From: Octopus bimaculoides
Lineage: Eukaryota
DNA length: 29,619 nucleotides
Assembly (NCBI RefSeq): GCF_001194135.2
Contig: NC_068984.1
Span: forward strand, 31,196,160-31,225,778
Reading direction: 5' to 3'
The position numbers were made by a program, and so were the translations under genes. The notes beneath the pieces are model-generated. The model was not told where the DNA came from. It ran no database searches and saw only the letters and a list, made by a program, of their open reading frames with translations. Below are positions 23,352 to 29,619 of the stretch, piece after piece (the first letter of the stretch is position 1; each line of letters starts with the position of its first letter).

Positions 23352-26035
23352 ATTAGGTAGTGTCTGTCCTGGAGTACATTTTTAAGCTCTTGCATTCTTA
23401 GTTCTATGGTGTTTTTTTTCAGACACTATGGTGCAAATCCTTCTTGCAAGGTTGAAGGGGATATTTGTTTTCATATGTCTTGGGTGGCATGAAATAAATA
23501 ATAGATATTGTTTAGTGTCTGTGGTCTTGTAAAAAAATGTCTGTTTCTATTTTTTTTTTTTTAATCAGTATGTCTAGGAATGGGAGTTCCTCTTGGTTGT
23601 GTTCCTCCATTGTAAATTGTATGTTGGTGTTAATGCTATTAAGGAGTCTTTTGAATTCCAGGAGTTTATCTATGTTGTCATTTCAGAGGATGGAGCAGCT
23701 GTCCAAAAATCTTTTCCAATTTTCTTTTATGTATTGGGAGAGAGGGTTCCCAAATTTAGAAAATAGTACCTGATGTATTGTTATTTCTAAATAGCCCATT
23801 GTTAGGTTGGCAATGGTCGGGGTGAACCTGGTTCCCATGGCAATTCTGGACTTTTGGCAATAAACAGTGGTGTTGAATATGAAGTGGTTGTTTTGAAGGA
23901 TGAATGTTATTGATTTGATTATGAAATCTTTGCTGATACATTCTGGTATTTCTTCTGGATATTTGTCCAGCCAGAACCAGATTGTTTCTATTCTGTAATT
24001 ATGGGGTATGTTAGTGTATAGGTTTATCACATGAAATGTAACCATGACTGTTTCTTCCTTGACCTTTTCTGGTAGGTGATTTAACATATCTAAGTCATCT
24101 CTAATATAACTTTTGATATATTGTAGAAAAGGTTTCAGGAGGATGTCCATGAGGCAACTCAATCAATGTGTTTCACAGGATGGTCTAGCTATAATAGTCC
24201 ATAATTTTAAGTCTCCTGGTGCTGGTGTATGCATGTATGTATGTATGTATGTATGCATGCATTTGGTGATTTTTTGATGGCTTCGTTTATAGTTTGGCTT
24301 ACATTTAAAGTTTGTTAGTCTATTTTTTTTTTGTTTGGTCTTTTCCGTGGGTTTGGATTAATGTGCTGTGGTTTACCAATATTTTTTGGTAGGGGTGTAA
24401 TCATTGATTTTTTTCATAGTGTTCATCATTATTAAGTATGGATATTACTAGATTTTTGTAGTAAAATGTGTCCATTACCTCTACTGCACTCCCTTTATCC
24501 ACTTCTTTGATTATTATTTCTTTATTGTTTTGTTTTGTAGTTCAATTAGTTTTTTCCATTGGGTGGTGCTGAAGTTTGAAATGATTTTTTGTTTGTGCAA
24601 AGTGTGGTAGGAGAAGTTTTCGATGTGGTTGCAGAATTCGTCAAGATTTTAATTTATTTCTTTGTGGAGTATGTGTTCTCTCTTTGACTAGTGAATCATC
24701 TTTGCTTTAATTAGCAAGTGCTTCTGTAAGCCTTAATTTCCTGCAGAATACTGAAACACTGTCCTTGATCTCATTTTGGTTAGCTCTGCATGGCGTTGGG
24801 GTGAATTTTAACCCTTTAGATAGGATATCGATCTTTGTGGTTGATAGGGATTTATATGACAGGTTGATTGCTTTCGGTTTTTTCCTATGTCTTGTTTTCT
24901 CTGGTCTGGGGAAAACAATGTTGGTTATGGTTGTGTTGGTATGAACTGGTCATCCTAATGTAGGGGTTTGGGTTGGGTGTATGGTCATGTTGTCGTCTTG
25001 GACTGTTTTGTGTGTTTGGGTGTCTGAGGGTTCGTTGGTTGGCATTGTGTGTGTTCCAACCGGTCTCCTGTTTCCTCTGGTCTGGGCTAGAAAATATTGG
25101 TTGATGTTGTGCTGGTATGAACTGACCGCACAAAAGTAGGGGTTTGGGTGGGGTGAGTGGTGATGTTGTTGCCTTAGATTGTTTTGTGTGTATGGGTGTC
25201 TGAGGGTTTTTTGTGTGTGGCGCTCGGTGCTCTCATCACTCTTGGAAATGGGTCAAAGTTTTCAAATGCACCACCATCCCACCCAAAATCTCTAGTGTGC
25301 ATGGCAGCCCCACTCCTCTTATCATCTTGTGCCACTCCTGCATTTGGGGCAGGTCAATAGCCCTGGGTCATAGGATGGCCATGCCTGGCACCAGAATGTT
25401 TCTGGTGATTTCTGCCCATGGTGCATGTATGATAATAAGGGTTAATAGGATTGTTCTCCATTATGATGTTGTGCGTGTTTGTTGCTCAGTTTCTGTTAGC
25501 TAATCTTTGTTTATTTCTTCAAGAATGAGTTATCTGAACTGATTTCCTCTTTGAAATTTAATTCATACTTTTGGAAGAAATTATCACTTTTCTCTCAGCA
25601 TTGGAGGGAGTTTCTTTCTTCAGTTGCCCATGCTTCTTTCCAAAGATTAATAATATTTTCTAGTAAATGTCCATTCGTGTGTTTGTTTATTTCTCTGGGC
25701 ATCTCTTCGTTGATGCTTATGCATTTTCGCTCATTGTTTGAAGCTCTTAATTTTAATAGTTCTATTTCTGATTTAAAGTGGAATAGTGCTAGCTTTTCCC
25801 TAACTATCCTCTGTCCATCAGATTCATTTGGTATTATTTTTTATTTGGAATTTGCATTGGAGAATCATTGGTGCTGCATTTATCCAACGTTCAGAGATTT
25901 CTGATTTGTTGGAATTTTTAAGCACATTCCAGAACTCAAATCTTCTGTTATGAAAATTTGTGTTCCAGATGTTCTCCATTTCCCTTTTAATTAAATAGGT
26001 AAGTGATAGTAAGGGGGTGGTGGTGGGTTTCATTT
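23352..26035 (-). mobile_element. Penelope-like element: N-terminal extension, RT and thumb; GIY-YIG endonuclease absent; disabled
   Basis: KPKAINLSYKSLSTTKIDILSKGLKFTPTP; SCETH*LSCLMDILLKPFL; VINLYTNIPH; QKSRIAMGTRFTPTIANLTMGYLE; WKRFLD; ELPFLDILI; TDTKQYL..SCHPRHMKTNIPFNLARRICTIVSE. ATG near 26033. Confidence 0.9.
24901..25210. repeat. Diverged tandem duplication, period about 176 bp, inside the Penelope-like ORF
   Basis: ctggtctggg at 24901 and 25077; shared ggtatgaactg, gtaggggtttgggt and gggtgtctgagggtt. Confidence 0.8.
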
Positions 26036-26104
26036 AGTGTAGATTGATGATTCATTAGTCTTTTAAAACAAATAAATCTTCTATGTTTTTCATCTTATTT
26101 CTTC

Positions 26105-26155
<51 letters not shown>

Positions 26156-26161
26156 TATATA

Positions 26162-26290
26162 CAGGGTGTCCACAAAGTGTCTGGCTACATGGAGTAAATA
26201 AAGTCATAACATAAACAATTAAATATAAGAAATAATAATTTCTTAAAGTGTGTGTTAATCCCCATGTACCCAGACTTTGTGGACACCCTG
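26162..26290. mobile_element. Tc1/mariner-type MITE, 129 bp, TA target site
   Basis: Perfect 17-bp TIRs cagggtgtccacaaagt / actttgtggacaccctg, extendable to about 30 bp with a small indel; TA on both sides (26160-26161, 26291-26292). Confidence 0.92.
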
Positions 26291-26607
26291 TATATACATA
26301 TATATTGACAATATTGAATGACAACGATGGTGACGGTGATGATGATGATGATAATGAGGAGGAGAAGGAGGATTAAAAATAAGGGTTGCTCCAAAGTAGC
26401 AATAGCATTACCTTATTTTTAGTATTGTCAATATTTATACTCCAGGAAACCTTATATGGTTAAAGAAATATATTCAGAATTATCCAACAGAATATTTCTT
26501 TAATTTCTTATAAGAACTTTATTGGATTTATATGTTAACTGTTGAATAATATATTTTGAATACCAAACTGAGAGTAAACTGGTAATTGTTTAGGAGTNNN
26601 NNNNNNN

Positions 26608-26649
<42 letters not shown>

Positions 26650-26651
26650 GC

Positions 26652-26790
26652 TATCATGCAGTTTCTACCAAATACACTCACAAGGCATCAATTTTCCTGG
26701 AACTATTGTAGAAGACACTTATGTTGCTTTGCTGTTAAACTGAAGTTGAAACGACATGGTTGCAAAGTGAATTCCTTAGATATGTCAACA
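26652..26790 (-). mobile_element. Diverged SINE head fragment
   Basis: ctaccaaatacactcacaagg and gtagaagacactt are shared with the other SINE copies. Confidence 0.6.
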
Positions 26791-28098
26791 AGTGAAGCAC
26801 TTATCAAAACCAATACAAGGTCTATCATTTTAAATATGTCTATACTAATAATTCACTTCTCTATATAAATGCCAAAGCTTTTGTTATCCAGTCAATTTCT
26901 CTGCCTGTTTTTATATTCAGATTAGTCTTATATATATATATTAACATCACAAAGCTAATAAATTATACACTTTATTATTCTATCTGTGTACAGTAATTCT
27001 TTTCAGTTCTAGGTCCACGCTTCACTGTAATGAAGCACCACATTTCTTACCTCATATTTTTATCTATTGGAGAAATTCATTTGCTCTTATCAATACTACC
27101 CAATGGCAACCACATATATTAAAAATGAAAATAAAACTATAAAAGTTGTTGAGTTTTGTCTTTATTGATATTGATATGTATATATTTGGCATTTGTTCGT
27201 TCTTTAAATAGGTCATGCAACTAATCAAGTTAATTAAGCTAAGTTTGACTTTAACAAATTAAATGGAAGTTTTCATTATCAAAAATTTGCTAGTAAAGAT
27301 ACTTAGCTTTTATGATGCTTGACACATAAGTACATGAATTATGAATCAGACCAGTTTATTCATTTATGTATCCCTTTCTGTTTGCCTGTTTTCTCTCAGT
27401 TTCTATATATCTCTGTCTCCTCTCTCTCTCACTCTCTCCCTTACACATACATACATATGCACATGTGTATGTGTGTATTCCACTCCACTTACAATACTTA
27501 TACCAGTAGTCTCTAGTTCTCTTTAAAGAATTATATAAACCATCAAATATTTAGAGTACATGACAACTCCACTATTGTTTGTGACAATGTTCATCCATCC
27601 ATAGGTACCAAGCCCAAAAATAAAACGCAAAAGCAAGATGCAGTCCCCCGAACTATTCAGGTGAACAGCACCACAGAATTAGTGTTGACATACTTTATTG
27701 CAGCTAATTTAAAGCAAATGTGAAACCTTGATGAAAATGTATATATACATGTACATGTGTGTGTGTGTGTGTGTGTGTGTATACATACATATATAAATGA
27801 TGTAAGCTTTGCTTGGCTGAGAGGGCAAGAATTCTGAAAAATTCACTTGATCTGAGACCTTTTTAAATTTCAGGAAATAAGTTTTCAATCAATGCCCTCA
27901 TCTAAAACGTTTCCTACTACAGACTTGGAATTCTCCATTCATTGTATAGACCCACTACAGCTCCTTCGAATATCCCCATGACTGAAATCCATGTAAGGGG
28001 GATAACCCCACCCAGCACAGACAATTATTTTCTTGTTTACAAAACCAACTGACTGTAATGTATTTCTTCCTCCAGTTGTAGAGAAGTTATGCGCTTTC

Positions 28099-28178
28099 AG
28101 CCATTTTGAGTCTGATGAGCCACCTATACTGCTAACCACTTTATAGATATGAAACCAATGGTCACTCTATGAATGGTT
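28099..28178 (+). ncRNA. Type I hammerhead ribozyme with decayed stem II
   Basis: Stem I agccatt-tt-gagt / actc-tatg-aatggtt; CTGATGA 28112-28118; GAAA 28151-28154; stem III acc-aat-ggt; GTC cleavage triplet 28161-28163; stem II keeps only ctata/tatag. Confidence 0.7.
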
Positions 28179-28239
28179 ACAACTTTTAACTTCTGAAATG
28201 TATATATAAGGTGTAGGGGTAGTTGTGTTGTAAGTAGCT

Positions 28240-28606
28240 TGCTTACTTCAGGTTTGCTCACTGCGCCAGATTCGCTATTTGCTGTGAACGAAGATAGACA
28301 TGAGTTTTGGCTCTGGGATCTATTTTAAAACGGGGGCGACATTTTTCATTAATGTTTTACGTAGTGTTTTTGGTACGGAAAGACTTTCAAACTTCGTATA
28401 CTTATCTATTTTGTGTTATAGAACAGAAAAATATTTTTGTATTCGAATTTATTTCATGTAAAAAATTGTCTTATTTCGATAATTTCAACCAATCACTGAC
28501 AAGTATTCAGTTGTTTATATTTACTCCTTTGGCTGATTAAGCGATGTAAAGCGTATTTAATCTCCATACCTTCGTTTTATTTGCTTTTTTCATTTTAAAT
28601 TTGCTT
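28240..28606 (+). promoter_or_regulatory. Putative promoter region
   Basis: Local CpG enrichment, CCAAT at 28489-28493, upstream of a strong first-exon donor. Confidence 0.35.
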
Positions 28607-28621
28607 TAACCCTAACCCTAA
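28607..28621. repeat. Telomere-type (TAACCC)n, 2.5 units, running into a 501-N gap
   Basis: taaccctaaccctaa directly before the Ns; true length unknown. Confidence 0.8.
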
Positions 28622-29122
28622 NNNNNNNNNNNNNNNNNNNNNNNNNNNNNNNNNNNNNNNNNNNNNNNNNNNNNNNNNNNNNNNNNNNNNNNNNNNNNNN
28701 NNNNNNNNNNNNNNNNNNNNNNNNNNNNNNNNNNNNNNNNNNNNNNNNNNNNNNNNNNNNNNNNNNNNNNNNNNNNNNNNNNNNNNNNNNNNNNNNNNNN
28801 NNNNNNNNNNNNNNNNNNNNNNNNNNNNNNNNNNNNNNNNNNNNNNNNNNNNNNNNNNNNNNNNNNNNNNNNNNNNNNNNNNNNNNNNNNNNNNNNNNNN
28901 NNNNNNNNNNNNNNNNNNNNNNNNNNNNNNNNNNNNNNNNNNNNNNNNNNNNNNNNNNNNNNNNNNNNNNNNNNNNNNNNNNNNNNNNNNNNNNNNNNNN
29001 NNNNNNNNNNNNNNNNNNNNNNNNNNNNNNNNNNNNNNNNNNNNNNNNNNNNNNNNNNNNNNNNNNNNNNNNNNNNNNNNNNNNNNNNNNNNNNNNNNNN
29101 NNNNNNNNNNNNNNNNNNNNNN

Positions 29123-29173
29123 AGCAGCTTTGAGTGAAGAAAACTTTTTGTGAACTTTAACGTACAACTACAG
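29123..29173 (+). other. 3' part of a probable first (5' UTR) exon of a downstream gene
   Basis: Consensus donor cag|gtaaga at 29173/29174, followed by a CpG- and GT-rich intron start. Confidence 0.45.
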
Positions 29174-29420
29174 GTAAGACTTTTGTGTTTTGGGGGATTT
29201 AGTGGGGGTTTGTTGCTCGTGTTTATTTATATTTATGTCGAGCAGGGAGTCTCCACTGAATTCCACGCATTTGTCTGCATGTGGGTGTGCTTAATGTCTC
29301 ACTTAGCGGCGAGAAGAGTGTTTTGGAGGTAATACGCCTCCAAAAATTGTGAACTTAGTTTCTAAAGGTTTGTTGGTTTCAAGCCGTGAATTGAGAACTA
29401 CAAATGAATATTGTGAACAA

Positions 29421-29619
29421 TCTCTTTATTACCCACTAGGGGCCAAACATAGAAAGGGACAATGTATCTGATTGGGGTCAGATAACACGTATGGGGTTAC
29501 AAAAATATGAAACAATTAAAAATATAATAAAATCGAAAATCGAATGTTTACAACAAACAACACACAAAACAATATAGACAGATGAAGTGGGGGACTGGGT
29601 TACGCTCCGACCCCACAAG
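29421..29619 (-). mobile_element. Probable non-LTR retroelement 3' end
   Basis: Minus strand ends gtccctttctatgtttggcccctagtgggtAATAAAgaga; family not assigned. Confidence 0.3.

Noticed and set aside
28595-29167. 190-aa minus-strand ORF
   Set aside because: Almost entirely the N gap.
29123-29200. Possible spliced-leader RNA (exon, GT, U-rich Sm-like site)
   Set aside because: No clear Sm consensus and the 5' part is in the gap; an ordinary first exon explains it.

Overview
AT-rich, microsatellite-dense eukaryotic genomic DNA with three N gaps (2166-2395, 26598-26607, 28622-29122). The SINE and RTE repeat sequences and the (TA)n load resemble an Octopus (coleoid cephalopod) assembly; this is recognition from memory, not a search. 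Most ORFs in the supplied track are microsatellite artefacts. Well-supported content is decayed mobile DNA: a maT/DD37D-type Tc1/mariner transposase remnant, a 129-bp mariner-type MITE, the endonuclease half and several 3' ends of RTE-clade LINEs, a Penelope-like RT element lacking its endonuclease, tRNA-derived SINEs and a probable solo LTR. Three further signals deserve follow-up. (1) A nearly intact type I hammerhead ribozyme (18333-18407), a second with a decayed stem II (28099-28178) and a two-copy hammerhead-like repeat with a non-canonical core. (2) A chain of + strand exon-like segments (246-17634) of an unidentified gene; in my hand-built model several phase-linked exons carry in-frame TGA codons, so pseudogene and recoding are both possible. 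(3) An inverted duplicate of a candidate exon that keeps its reading frame. The right end looks like a CpG-rich promoter and first exon, with a telomere-type (TAACCC) run against the gap.
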